This document shows positions 1 through 7,875 of a stretch of DNA of 44,062 nt, piece after piece. Location: positions 1 to 44,062 of IMG/VR virus record IMGVR_UViG_3300045988_030948; one strand, written 5' to 3'. Position numbers and translations under genes: made by a program. The notes below the pieces were generated by a model. It searched no databases and was not told the DNA's origin. It saw only the letters and a program-made list of their open reading frames with translations. Position 1 is the stretch's first letter; each line of letters opens with the position of its first letter. This DNA comes from a virus.

Positions 1-99
1 GATACACAAATGAAATTGTTTTGATATGGACGAAATGGATTATATCTATTTAGGCGACCGATTGACCCGCCCGGAATTGCGACGTATGCCGTGCCGGGC
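1..99. repeat. terminal direct repeat, copy A (identical to 43964..44062)
   Basis: The first 99 nt (gatacacaaatgaaattg...gtgccgggc) recur base for base as the last 99 nt of the window. Bases 1-24 are the 3' end (DTQMKLF*) of CDS 43790..43987. Confidence 0.95.
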
Positions 100-223
100 G
101 GTTCGTCGTTTGAATGGCAAATGTATTCGGGGGCGTAACGGTAATATGTTAGTTGAATTTCCCGGAGTGGGTAAAGTTGTTGTTTTGGGTCGATTATTGC
201 GAAAACTCAAAAATAAAAGATAA
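26..223 (+). CDS. hypothetical small basic protein (65 aa)
   Basis: ORF from the track. Its ATG follows directly after the TGA stop of the preceding gene across the circular junction (tgATGg at 43985-43990). It ends in KNKR just before promoter P1. No domain recognised. Confidence 0.55.
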   Translation: MDEMDYIYLGDRLTRPELRRMPCRAVRRLNGKCIRGRNGNMLVEFPGVGKVVVLGRLLRKLKNKR

Positions 224-227
224 AAGT

Positions 228-258
228 TTTGGTAATTAAAATAATTCCCGTATTTTTG
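228..258 (+). promoter_or_regulatory. Bacteroidota-type promoter P1 (-33 TTTG, -7 TAttTTTG)
   Basis: TTTG at 228-231 and TATTTTTG at 251-258, with an exact 19-nt spacer. About 80% similar to the cassette at 9457-9487. An A-rich tract (aaaaataaaagataa) lies upstream. Confidence 0.75.
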
Positions 259-277
259 TGGCATGAAATAACACCGA

Positions 278-293
278 CCGGGCGGGTTCCCGG
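278..293 (+). promoter_or_regulatory. leader stem-loop downstream of P1 (CCGGG-CGGGTT-CCCGG)
   Basis: 5-bp GC stem with a 6-nt loop, about 20 nt after the -7 box. The same stem and loop sequence occurs at 5738-5753. Confidence 0.6.
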
Positions 294-309
294 AACAAAA
301 AAACAAAAT

Positions 310-510
310 ATGGCAACTGAAAATACAAAAACAGATGAATTTGGAGCCGTTCGCCACGCAATGAGCATGAACGATTTACGGGATTTATACAAGCGGTTGG
401 AAAACTTTATTGCAGATTGTACCCGCAATGAGGTTGACAACAACCGGGACGCCATAAACGGCGTTTTGACGTTGATACATAAACGAATGTTAGATTTACA
501 AAATAAGTAG
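310..510 (+). CDS. hypothetical protein (66 aa)
   Basis: The track ORF is 229..510. I prefer the internal ATG at 310 (MATENTKTDEF...) because codons 1-27 of the long form overlap promoter P1 and the leader hairpin. Confidence 0.6.
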   Translation: MATENTKTDEFGAVRHAMSMNDLRDLYKRLENFIADCTRNEVDNNRDAINGVLTLIHKRMLDLQNK

Positions 511-515
511 TAACC

Positions 516-533
516 GCCGGGGGAAACCCCGGC
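516..533 (+). terminator. intergenic GC hairpin with GAAA tetraloop
   Basis: GCCGGGG-GAAA-CCCCGGC, a 7-bp stem. An identical 21-nt copy lies at 36735-36755. No U-tract follows, so it may be a terminator, a processing site or a stabiliser. Confidence 0.5.
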
Positions 534-550
534 ATAAAAAGAGCGATAAA

Positions 551-1996
551 ATGATTATCAAAAAATTAGAGTTGTCGAATTTCCAAGTAATTAAGGAGTT
601 CAACGCAGATTTTGAGGGTAATGTATATTTCATTACCGGGGACAATGAGTTAGGAAAATCCACGCTATTAAAGGCAATCGGGGCGTTATTGACCGGGAAC
701 CGGGACGCCGTGTTGCGCAATGGCGAGGAAAAAGGGTTTGCAAAAATGGTTGTAGGCGACGACGGCGAGGAATACGACGTTGAATTGCGATTTACCAAAG
801 CCAACCCACGGGGTACGTTATCAATCAAACAGAAAACAACCGGGATGCGGTCGGACAACGTAAGTATGTTGCAAAAGGTTTTCGGATATACCGATTTTGA
901 CGCCGTGGAGTTTTCCCGTTGGTCGGAAACCGCCGAGGGTCGCCGCAAGCAAGTTGAGTACGTGCGGGCGTTGTTGCCGGAAAATGTGCAAAAACGTATC
1001 GCCGAAATTGACGCCGAGGTTATGACCGTTAAGGACAAACGCAAAGAGGCAAACGCCGAGGTTAAGACGTACACGACCATTTGCACCGCCGCCGAAAAAC
1101 AGTTGAAACCGGGCGACGTCAAAACGTATGCCGAGAAAATCGACATTGCCGACTTAATGGAGGAACAAAACGAGAACGCCCGGTTGATTGAAAAAGCAAA
1201 AACCGTGCGTACCGCTTTGCAAACCCGGACGGAACAATTGGAGGCAATCCCCGGACGTTTAAAAGAAGCGGACGAAACATTGCGTACCGATTTAGAGGCA
1301 ATAGACAAAGATTTGGAAAATGCAAATAAAGAATACGAACGTATCATTGCCGAGGCAAAAAAGGATTTGGAGGCGGCAAAACAGGCACATAAAGCCAATA
1401 CAAAAAACGCTAAAGATGAACACGCCGAAACATTGGAGGTTATCGCAAAGGATAAAGCCGATTACGAAACCCGCAAGAACAACGCCGCCGAATGGTTAAA
1501 GAAATACGAGGAAAACAACCCGGAAAAATTGGATACGGCGGAACGCCTCAAACAAGTCGAGGAACATAACAAAATAAATGCGTTGGTTGTGGACTATGTG
1601 GCAAAGAAAAAGCAAAAGGACGCCGCCGAAAAGGTCGCCCAAACCCACGAAAAAACGTTGTCGGATTTACTCAAAGAACGGGAAACCCTTATTGCAAAAT
1701 CGAAATTGCCAATTGCCGGGTTGACGTTCACGGACGACGGGTTGGAATTAAACGGCGTTCCGTTTGTTGCCGGGAAAGTATCAGATAGTCAAATTATGGA
1801 GGTTGCCGCAAAACTTATCATTGCAAGCAATCCGACCGTTAAAGTATTCCGCATTGCGAGGGGCGAAAGTTTGGGCGCAAAACGTCTACAATCCCTTATC
1901 GAATTAGCCCGCAAAGAGGGTTATCAAGGCTTTATTGAGGAAGTCAAACGAGGACAGGACGATTTAATTATTGAGGAATACAGCGAAAACGAATAA
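551..1996 (+). CDS. SMC-like (RecF/SbcC/Rad50-type) ATPase
   Basis: 481 aa. N-terminus MIIKKLELSNFQ...FITGDNELGKST (Walker A). The middle is long, charged and coiled-coil-like. The C-terminus has GESLGAKR and GFIEEV (signature-like and Walker B-like). No Mre11/SbcD-like partner gene is present. Confidence 0.75.
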   Translation: MIIKKLELSNFQVIKEFNADFEGNVYFITGDNELGKSTLLKAIGALLTGNRDAVLRNGEEKGFAKMVVGDDGEEYDVELRFTKANPRGTLSIKQKTTGMRSDNVSMLQKVFGYTDFDAVEFSRWSETAEGRRKQVEYVRALLPENVQKRIAEIDAEVMTVKDKRKEANAEVKTYTTICTAAEKQLKPGDVKTYAEKIDIADLMEEQNENARLIEKAKTVRTALQTRTEQLEAIPGRLKEADETLRTDLEAIDKDLENANKEYERIIAEAKKDLEAAKQAHKANTKNAKDEHAETLEVIAKDKADYETRKNNAAEWLKKYEENNPEKLDTAERLKQVEEHNKINALVVDYVAKKKQKDAAEKVAQTHEKTLSDLLKERETLIAKSKLPIAGLTFTDDGLELNGVPFVAGKVSDSQIMEVAAKLIIASNPTVKVFRIARGESLGAKRLQSLIELARKEGYQGFIEEVKRGQDDLIIEEYSENE

Positions 1997-2002
1997 TCAA
2001 CC

Positions 2003-2023
2003 GGGGGCGGGTTCCCGTCCCCC
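2003..2023 (+). terminator. intergenic GC hairpin
   Basis: GGGGGCGG-GTTC-CCGtCCCCC (one bulged base), directly after the stop of the ATPase gene. Confidence 0.45.
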
Positions 2024-2040
2024 TTAATACAGCAAAAACA

Positions 2041-3201
2041 ATGGCATATACATTGAACGAAAATTTGAAACGTTGGGCGGAACAATACGAAACCGCCGAG
2101 TTTATCCAATCCGACCCGGTGCAATTCCCGCACCGTTACGATAGCCGGGTAAACATTGAGATAAGCGCATTTGTGACGGCGTGGATTGCGTGGGGTTCCC
2201 GCAAACAGATAATCAAAAAGGCGGATTTTATCGACCGGGAAATTTTCCACGGTGCGCCGTATCATTACATTGTCGGAACCGACACACAGGGAGCCGCCCC
2301 GGAATGGAAGCAATACAAAGGCAGTACCGAAAGTTTTTACCGAACGTTTACGTTTGGCGATTTCCACGACCTTTGCGCCCGGTTGTATGATGTGTACACG
2401 TCGGCGGAAAGCATGGAGGCGGCAATAAAGAAAACCCACGAAACAAACGGCGAAACCGCATTGTCAACATTGCAATCGTTGTTCGGTTCCGTTAATGGTA
2501 TCCCGGATTTTGAAACCCAATCAGCGTGTAAACGGTTGTGTCTATTTTTGCGTTGGATGTGTCGCAAGGGTTCCCCGGTTGATTTTGGATTGTGGACGGT
2601 ATGCGAACCCCGTAATTTGATTATCCCGTTGGATACACACGTACATAAACAGGCAATCCGGTTGGGGTTGACGACACGACGGACGTCGGATTTGCGCACC
2701 GCCATTGAGATAACCGACCGTTTCGCCGAGATATTCCCGGACGACCCGACCAAAGGGGATTTTGCATTGTTCGGTTATGGGGTTAATAATGGCAAAGTTT
2801 CCCCGGTTACAGAGGAACCCGAAAAAGAAAAAGAGCAACCAACCCCGGTTGCGGATTTGAGTATTGCGGACGTTCTGAAAATGCCGTTGTTCTTTGACAA
2901 TGTGAAAACCCAATTAATGAGCCTTTGGAACGACCGGGAAACCGTCCGCAAAAAAGCCGCAAAGGATAACCAACGATTGAAAGCGCACGTTATCGACCGT
3001 ATGCACAATGCCGGGGATTGGGAGCCGGGAAAATTCGTTGTTATTTTCGCAACAATATTGGATAAAGTGGCAACCGGGTATTCGTCAAACGAACGGGAAT
3101 TTATCCGGGCGGTTGGAATGACAGCGTTTAATATTACCATGCAAAAGTTAATCGACGATGAAAAAAAGAGAGATAACAGCGACGGGAACGATAAACAATA
3201 A
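2041..3201 (+). CDS. DUF2400/TIGR02757-family protein (HhH-GPD-like) with an extra C-terminal region
   Basis: 386 aa. Motifs DPVQFPHRY, KRLCLFLRWMCR, VDFGLW, IIPLDTHVHKQAIRLGL and DPTKGDFALFGYG match the family as I remember it. PLDTHV...RLGL resembles the Nth-type VDTHVxRVxxRLG helix. The last ~130 aa are unassigned. Confidence 0.75.
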   Translation: MAYTLNENLKRWAEQYETAEFIQSDPVQFPHRYDSRVNIEISAFVTAWIAWGSRKQIIKKADFIDREIFHGAPYHYIVGTDTQGAAPEWKQYKGSTESFYRTFTFGDFHDLCARLYDVYTSAESMEAAIKKTHETNGETALSTLQSLFGSVNGIPDFETQSACKRLCLFLRWMCRKGSPVDFGLWTVCEPRNLIIPLDTHVHKQAIRLGLTTRRTSDLRTAIEITDRFAEIFPDDPTKGDFALFGYGVNNGKVSPVTEEPEKEKEQPTPVADLSIADVLKMPLFFDNVKTQLMSLWNDRETVRKKAAKDNQRLKAHVIDRMHNAGDWEPGKFVVIFATILDKVATGYSSNEREFIRAVGMTAFNITMQKLIDDEKKRDNSDGNDKQ

Positions 3202-3214
3202 CGGCGGGTTGGCA

Positions 3215-3589
3215 ATGTACATGGGGGAATTAAACGAGTTTTTCAAAGGTTGGAAAGGTTCCCGCATTATTGCCCGCTTTATTGTTGCGTCGCCCGGTTC
3301 GTCCGAGGCTTTGAAAGGGTATTATTTTAATTACGTTGTGCCGACGTTTAAGCACGCAATTTGGGAGGCGGGCGAACGTCTTACAGAGGAACAAACCGAA
3401 CGACGTTTGCGGGAGTTTTCCCCAATTATGTACGTTGAACGGGTCAACGAAGAAACGGGGGTATATTCCCACGATTTGCGCACCGTGGCGGATTTGTCGA
3501 ACGCCGAGTTAATCGAACATATCGAAACGCTCAAACAGATTGCCGCCGAGGAATACAATACATTTATTGACGACCCCCGAACGTTGTAG
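3215..3589 (+). CDS. hypothetical protein (124 aa)
   Basis: The track ORF is 3158..3589. The ATG at 3215 avoids a 44-nt overlap with the upstream gene. No motif recognised. Confidence 0.55.
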   Translation: MYMGELNEFFKGWKGSRIIARFIVASPGSSEALKGYYFNYVVPTFKHAIWEAGERLTEEQTERRLREFSPIMYVERVNEETGVYSHDLRTVADLSNAELIEHIETLKQIAAEEYNTFIDDPRTL

Positions 3590-3591
3590 GT

Positions 3592-3777
3592 ATGTTTTGC
3601 AAGTGTAACGGAAAACGGAAAAATTACCCGTTGGCGGGTTGGCGGATTATCCGCCACGAATACACGCCAAAGCATTACAGCCGGATAAAGTGTTTGCGGT
3701 GCGGGTGCGTTTGGATTACACGGGCAAAATATGTTGAACAAACCCCCAACGAGGACGGGCAAAAAAGACTTTTTTAG
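3592..3777 (+). CDS. small Cys-rich (zinc-ribbon-like) protein (61 aa)
   Basis: CxC...CxxC arrangement (CKC, CLRC). Tightly packed between neighbouring genes. Confidence 0.45.
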   Translation: MFCKCNGKRKNYPLAGWRIIRHEYTPKHYSRIKCLRCGCVWITRAKYVEQTPNEDGQKRLF

Positions 3778-3778
3778 T

Positions 3779-3985
3779 ATGGAATTAAACGACAAATCCC
3801 CGATGCCGCAAGGTAAATTTAAGGGGCAACCGATGGAAAACGTACCGTATTGGCATTTGCTTTGGTTAGAGAACCAACCATATTGCCGCAAAGATGTAAA
3901 ACAATACATTGAGGAAAACCGGGACGTTTTGGAGTTGGAGAAAAAGCGGGATAAATACCGCAATGAGAGCGAAAACAGTAATTAA
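3779..3985 (+). CDS. DUF3820-like protein
   Basis: MPQGKFKGQPMENVPYWHLLWLENQ resembles the MPFGKYKG...VP..YL.WL motif of the DUF3820 family. I chose the internal ATG of ORF 3731..3985 so that it abuts the upstream stop. Confidence 0.55.
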   Translation: MELNDKSPMPQGKFKGQPMENVPYWHLLWLENQPYCRKDVKQYIEENRDVLELEKKRDKYRNESENSN

Positions 3986-4004
3986 CGATTTAATATTTAA
4001 GGTT

Positions 4005-4838
4005 ATGCAAAAAATTGATTTGAAAGATGTTTGTTTCTTTGATTGTGAAACAACCGGGGTTCCGGCAAAGGGTTTGAAATGGGATGCGGATTTTGAGCAA
4101 TTCCCGCACGTCGTCCAATTGGCATGGTCGTTGGGCGATAAGGAAAAAAGTTATATTATCAAACCCGATAATTACGAGATACCCCCGGAAACAACCGCAA
4201 TTCATGGTATAACAACCGAACGGGCAATTGCCGAGGGCGTGCCGTTTGCCGAGGTTGTGGACGAATTTTTAGCGGATGCCAACGCCGCCCCGCTTGTATG
4301 TGCGCACAACATTTACTTTGATAGTTCAATGTTAAAAGCAAACGTTTTGCGCTATTGTGGACGGGAATATTACGACGCACACGTTGAGGACGCATTACAT
4401 AAGGGCAAACGCATTGATACAATGATGAAAACGATTAAGTTTGTCGGCGCATTGTATTCAAACGGGCGACCGGGAAAATATCCCAAATTAGAGGAATTAT
4501 ATAGTAAGTTATTCCCCGGCGAAACATTCCCGGCGCATGACGCATTAGAGGACATAAGGGCGTTGCGCCGTTGCGTCCCGGAATTGGTCGAATTAGGGAT
4601 TATTGAGTTGGCGCAAAAGGAATACCCGGCGGAACAACTCAAAGCGAAATTTGAGCCGGAAAAGCCCCAAACCGGGGGTATTGAGTTTAACGACCCGAAC
4701 CCCGTAACGGAACCAATCGGAACCGGGAACCCCAAACAGGAACCCGCACCGGAGCCGGAACCAATCCCGGAGCATCAACGCCCGGCGGTCGCCCGGAATA
4801 AGACGACAAAGGATTTGTTGGACGAAAGCGAATTTTAA
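4005..4838 (+). CDS. DnaQ-like 3'-5' exonuclease (DEDDh family)
   Basis: Has FFDCETTG (Exo I), AHNIYFDSSML (Exo II) and HDALEDIRAL (Exo III, DEDDh). The C-terminus is Pro/Glu-rich and ends in LLDESEF. The start could instead be 3963. Confidence 0.85.
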   Translation: MQKIDLKDVCFFDCETTGVPAKGLKWDADFEQFPHVVQLAWSLGDKEKSYIIKPDNYEIPPETTAIHGITTERAIAEGVPFAEVVDEFLADANAAPLVCAHNIYFDSSMLKANVLRYCGREYYDAHVEDALHKGKRIDTMMKTIKFVGALYSNGRPGKYPKLEELYSKLFPGETFPAHDALEDIRALRRCVPELVELGIIELAQKEYPAEQLKAKFEPEKPQTGGIEFNDPNPVTEPIGTGNPKQEPAPEPEPIPEHQRPAVARNKTTKDLLDESEF

Positions 4839-4842
4839 GATT

Positions 4843-5730
4843 ATGGCAAAGCGAACAAAGGACGAATTTACACGGGATTGGATAATTGAAAATTCAATTG
4901 ACGTGTTGAGCCAATACGAAAACGGTATATTGACGATACGTGCGTTGCATTATCAGTTAGTTAGCCGGGGAATGACGAACACGTTACAGCATTACAAACG
5001 TGTTGTCGCCGCAATGGAGGTCGCCCGGTGGGACGGTCGGGTTGATTTCGAGGCGTTCAGCGACCGAGATAGGGCAATGTGTGGAACGACAAGAGCCACG
5101 GAAACCGTATTGGAGGACAAACAGGACGAAGCCAAACGACAGGTCGGATTATGGATGCGTTCGTATGGCAAAAATCGTTGGGAAAATCAACCGTATTACC
5201 CCGAAATTCTTATTGAGAAAAAAGCATTAGAGGGCGTTTTTGCGAAACCGTGCGCCAAATGGGATATTGCGGTTGGAGCGTGCAAAGGTTATCCGTCGTT
5301 GACGTTCTTATATGAGTTGTCCGAGCGTTTACGGGACGCCCAAAGTAAGGGTAAACAACCGATTATATTATATTTCGGCGATTACGACCCGTCCGGCGAG
5401 GACATACCCCGGTCGATTGGGGAAAACCTGCAAAAGTTCGGCGTTTACGATGTGGAAATACGCCGTATTGCCTTAATGGAACAACAGGTTATCGAATGGA
5501 AATTGCCGCCCGCCCCGGCAAAAGAAACGGACAGCCGGACGGCGAATTGGGACGGATTGGGACAGGTCGAGTTAGACGCCGTAAAACCGGAAAAATTGAT
5601 TTCCATGTTGAACGATGCGGTTAACGAGATATTCTACCAAGTTTTGTACGACGAATTAATTACACAGGAAGCCGAGGAACGGGAATTATTCCAAGCCGAG
5701 TTAAAACGATACGTCGAAAACGATTTGTAA
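4843..5730 (+). CDS. Topo VI subunit A / Spo11-like winged-helix + Toprim protein (stand-alone)
   Basis: 295 aa. Contains RALHYQL (candidate catalytic Tyr in a winged helix), ILIEKKALEGVF (Toprim Glu), CKGYPS and LYFGDYDPSGEDI (DxD), in Top6A order. No Top6B/GHKL gene is present. Confidence 0.7.
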   Translation: MAKRTKDEFTRDWIIENSIDVLSQYENGILTIRALHYQLVSRGMTNTLQHYKRVVAAMEVARWDGRVDFEAFSDRDRAMCGTTRATETVLEDKQDEAKRQVGLWMRSYGKNRWENQPYYPEILIEKKALEGVFAKPCAKWDIAVGACKGYPSLTFLYELSERLRDAQSKGKQPIILYFGDYDPSGEDIPRSIGENLQKFGVYDVEIRRIALMEQQVIEWKLPPAPAKETDSRTANWDGLGQVELDAVKPEKLISMLNDAVNEIFYQVLYDELITQEAEERELFQAELKRYVENDL

Positions 5731-5736
5731 AACCGA

Positions 5737-5754
5737 GCCGGGCGGGTTCCCGGC
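5737..5754 (+). terminator. intergenic GC hairpin (GCCGGG-CGGGTT-CCCGGC)
   Basis: 6-bp stem. The loop and inner stem are identical to the P1 leader hairpin. Confidence 0.5.
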
Positions 5755-5772
5755 ACTAAATAATTATCAAAT

Positions 5773-6468
5773 ATGAGCGAGAAAAAAGAAAACGCAAACG
5801 TAATGTTGATACCGACCGAAAAGGCGTTTGCATTGTCGAAAGTAAAAACGTTAAAGGATGGCGGGTTAGATGTTCATTACGAAGTTACCGAAACCGTCGG
5901 TAATGAAAGTTATACGAACAAATACCACGTCGAAAGCGCAAAGGATATACACCCCGATTTACGGGATTGTTTCGACCGTTTGCGTCCAATTATGGGGCGT
6001 ATTTTCAATATCACGTCGTTTTTGTCCCTTATGGATACGCCGGATATGAAAGCCAATGAAAAACAGAAAAACGCCGCCCGTAACTTTGCGGACGAAATGT
6101 TGAAAAACATTGAGGTTAGGGGCGTGTCCCTTTCCGGTCAAGACGATAACGTTGGTTGCGTCCTTACGGGGTTGTTCACGGTATCCAACAACCAAAAGAC
6201 GGCGATAAATTCGCCCCGTCTGAAATTCAATACCGAAACGTTCGGTTTTGAGGAAGAATTGGAAGAAATTATTGGCGACATTGAAAACGAGGTTTACGCT
6301 TTTCTTTTCAAAGGGAAAAAGGCACAATTGGAATTGTTCGGAGCCGATGGGGAAGCCGCACCCGGAATGAGTGCAGAACCGGAAAACACCGGATTGTTCC
6401 CGGATGTTGACGACCCCGCAAATGAGGACGAAAACGAACCCGGCGACGACGATACGGACAATATGTAA
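5773..6468 (+). CDS. hypothetical protein with acidic C-terminal tail
   Basis: 231 aa. The last ~45 aa are strongly acidic (DVDDPANEDENEPGDDDTDNM). No domain recognised. Confidence 0.6.
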   Translation: MSEKKENANVMLIPTEKAFALSKVKTLKDGGLDVHYEVTETVGNESYTNKYHVESAKDIHPDLRDCFDRLRPIMGRIFNITSFLSLMDTPDMKANEKQKNAARNFADEMLKNIEVRGVSLSGQDDNVGCVLTGLFTVSNNQKTAINSPRLKFNTETFGFEEELEEIIGDIENEVYAFLFKGKKAQLELFGADGEAAPGMSAEPENTGLFPDVDDPANEDENEPGDDDTDNM

Positions 6469-6471
6469 AGC

Positions 6472-6921
6472 ATGGAGCCGATATTGTTAATAGACCGGGA
6501 GGAATACCAATTTGTAACCGATAGGGGGTTTTGCCCCCTATTGGATTACAAGCGGTTTACAATGGATATTCGTTTGCGTGTCGAAATACAACGGGAATTG
6601 TTCGGACATTGCGTTTTCGGTCGTGGTAACATACCGCAAGCCAATGAACGTTTTTTTAGGTGGGTTTGGGAGCATAAGCCGCACCAATGCGAAGAAACAT
6701 TGCGCCCGTTGCCGAATTATTCCGCCGTATATTGTTCGCACATACTAACGAGGGGGTCGCACCCGGAAATAGCACACGACCCCCGCAATATCAATATCCT
6801 TTGTTTTGAGATGCACAACCGTTGGGAAAATGGCGACCGGGAACGTATGCGGATTTATTCGGCAAATATGCGGCTTATTGAGTTAATGAAAACAGAGTAT
6901 CAACAATTACAAATCCGGTAA
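6472..6921 (+). CDS. HNH-like (beta-beta-alpha-Me) nuclease-fold protein
   Basis: CSHILTRGSHPEIAHDPRNINILCFEMHNRWE has the H...N...H spacing seen in phage HNH/NinG-like proteins. Confidence 0.5.
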   Translation: MEPILLIDREEYQFVTDRGFCPLLDYKRFTMDIRLRVEIQRELFGHCVFGRGNIPQANERFFRWVWEHKPHQCEETLRPLPNYSAVYCSHILTRGSHPEIAHDPRNINILCFEMHNRWENGDRERMRIYSANMRLIELMKTEYQQLQIR

Positions 6922-7275
6922 ATGAGAACAAAAAAGAGAACAACCGATTTTGGGGCAATTTCCCGGTCGTCAGTTAAACGAGATTTCAAAAGAGTACAAA
7001 CGTACCCCGCCGAGGCAAAAGCCCCGCAAATCGAAGAATTGCCGAAAATAAATGCAGAACGTCGTATTATTCATATATCCGAAACAAGCGGATACGCCAA
7101 ATTTGCCCGGTATATTGTCGGCAAATTGGTACGACTGAAAGAAAAAGCAAATATTGGCGGCAATTCATGGTATTGCGAATTTGTACACGACGACGACCGC
7201 CGGGCGTTGAATATGGCGGCGGGTTGGTCGGACAACAAACGGGAATATCTGTTTGACGGGGTTAAATTTAAGTGA
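6922..7275 (+). CDS. hypothetical protein (117 aa)
   Basis: The ORF abuts the upstream stop (taaATG). No motif recognised. Confidence 0.5.
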   Translation: MRTKKRTTDFGAISRSSVKRDFKRVQTYPAEAKAPQIEELPKINAERRIIHISETSGYAKFARYIVGKLVRLKEKANIGGNSWYCEFVHDDDRRALNMAAGWSDNKREYLFDGVKFK

Positions 7276-7276
7276 T

Positions 7277-7450
7277 ATGAATATAGATTGCCCGCATTGT
7301 GGTTGTGAAATGGACGTAAATTTTGGCGATAATGTTTATTGCGATAACTGTAATATTACATTTGAAACCGATTTTGAGTTGGTCGATTGTGAGAATGGTA
7401 TATATTCGACATGGTTAACAGGAAAAGAAGAAATTGGAAAAATAGATTAA
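7277..7450 (+). CDS. small zinc-ribbon protein (57 aa)
   Basis: CPHCGC...CDNC. I chose the ATG at 7277, just after the upstream stop, rather than the track start at 7253. Confidence 0.5.
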   Translation: MNIDCPHCGCEMDVNFGDNVYCDNCNITFETDFELVDCENGIYSTWLTGKEEIGKID

Positions 7451-7453
7451 ATT

Positions 7454-7870
7454 ATGAGTGTAAACAAAGTAACATTATTAGGACACACGGGAAAAGCCCC
7501 GGAGTTTAAGACATTCGACAATGGAGGTTGCATTGCAACAATAACATTGGCAACAACAAAAAGAGCATTTACCACAAAGGACGGGCGACAAATCCCGGAG
7601 CGTACCGAATGGCATAACGTGGTATTGCAAAACGGGTTGGCAAAAGTTGCCAATCAGTACGTCAAAAAGGGCGACAAACTTTATATTGAGGGCGAATTGC
7701 GAACCCGGAGTTATGACGATGCCAACGGGGTAAAACGGTATATTACCGAAATTGTGGCAACCGATATGGAAATGTTGACCCCGAAAACAAATGCAACCGG
7801 GACACAAGCCCCGCCGCCGCCCGTACCCGATGCACCCGCCCCGGACACAAACGACGATTTACCGTTTTAA
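7454..7870 (+). CDS. ssb: single-stranded DNA-binding protein
   Basis: N-terminal OB fold (VNKVTLLGHTGKAPE...TEWHNVV...LYIEGELRTRSY), a Pro-rich linker and the canonical acidic tip DDDLPF. Confidence 0.95.
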   Translation: MSVNKVTLLGHTGKAPEFKTFDNGGCIATITLATTKRAFTTKDGRQIPERTEWHNVVLQNGLAKVANQYVKKGDKLYIEGELRTRSYDDANGVKRYITEIVATDMEMLTPKTNATGTQAPPPPVPDAPAPDTNDDLPF

Positions 7871-7875
7871 TCTGT

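Noticed and set aside
1-99. Interpreting the 99-nt terminal repeat as a true physical direct terminal repeat of the virion DNA
   Set aside because: This cannot be decided from sequence. An exact short overlap is equally the signature of a circular assembly. I therefore report only that the genome is closed and complete.
229-510. Long N-terminal extensions of track ORFs (229.., 35989.., 36695.., 38117.., 41353.., 22620.., 43703..)
   Set aside because: The extended forms read through promoters or hairpins, or overlap upstream genes extensively. Internal ATGs placed just after those elements or after upstream stops give compact gene packing.
496-1398. 300-aa ORF on the minus strand
   Set aside because: It lies entirely antisense to the well-supported SMC-like ATPase gene. 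Its translation is low-complexity (Ser/Ala/Phe-rich), as expected for the shadow of a Lys/Glu/Ala-rich coiled-coil. It has no start context, promoter or terminator.
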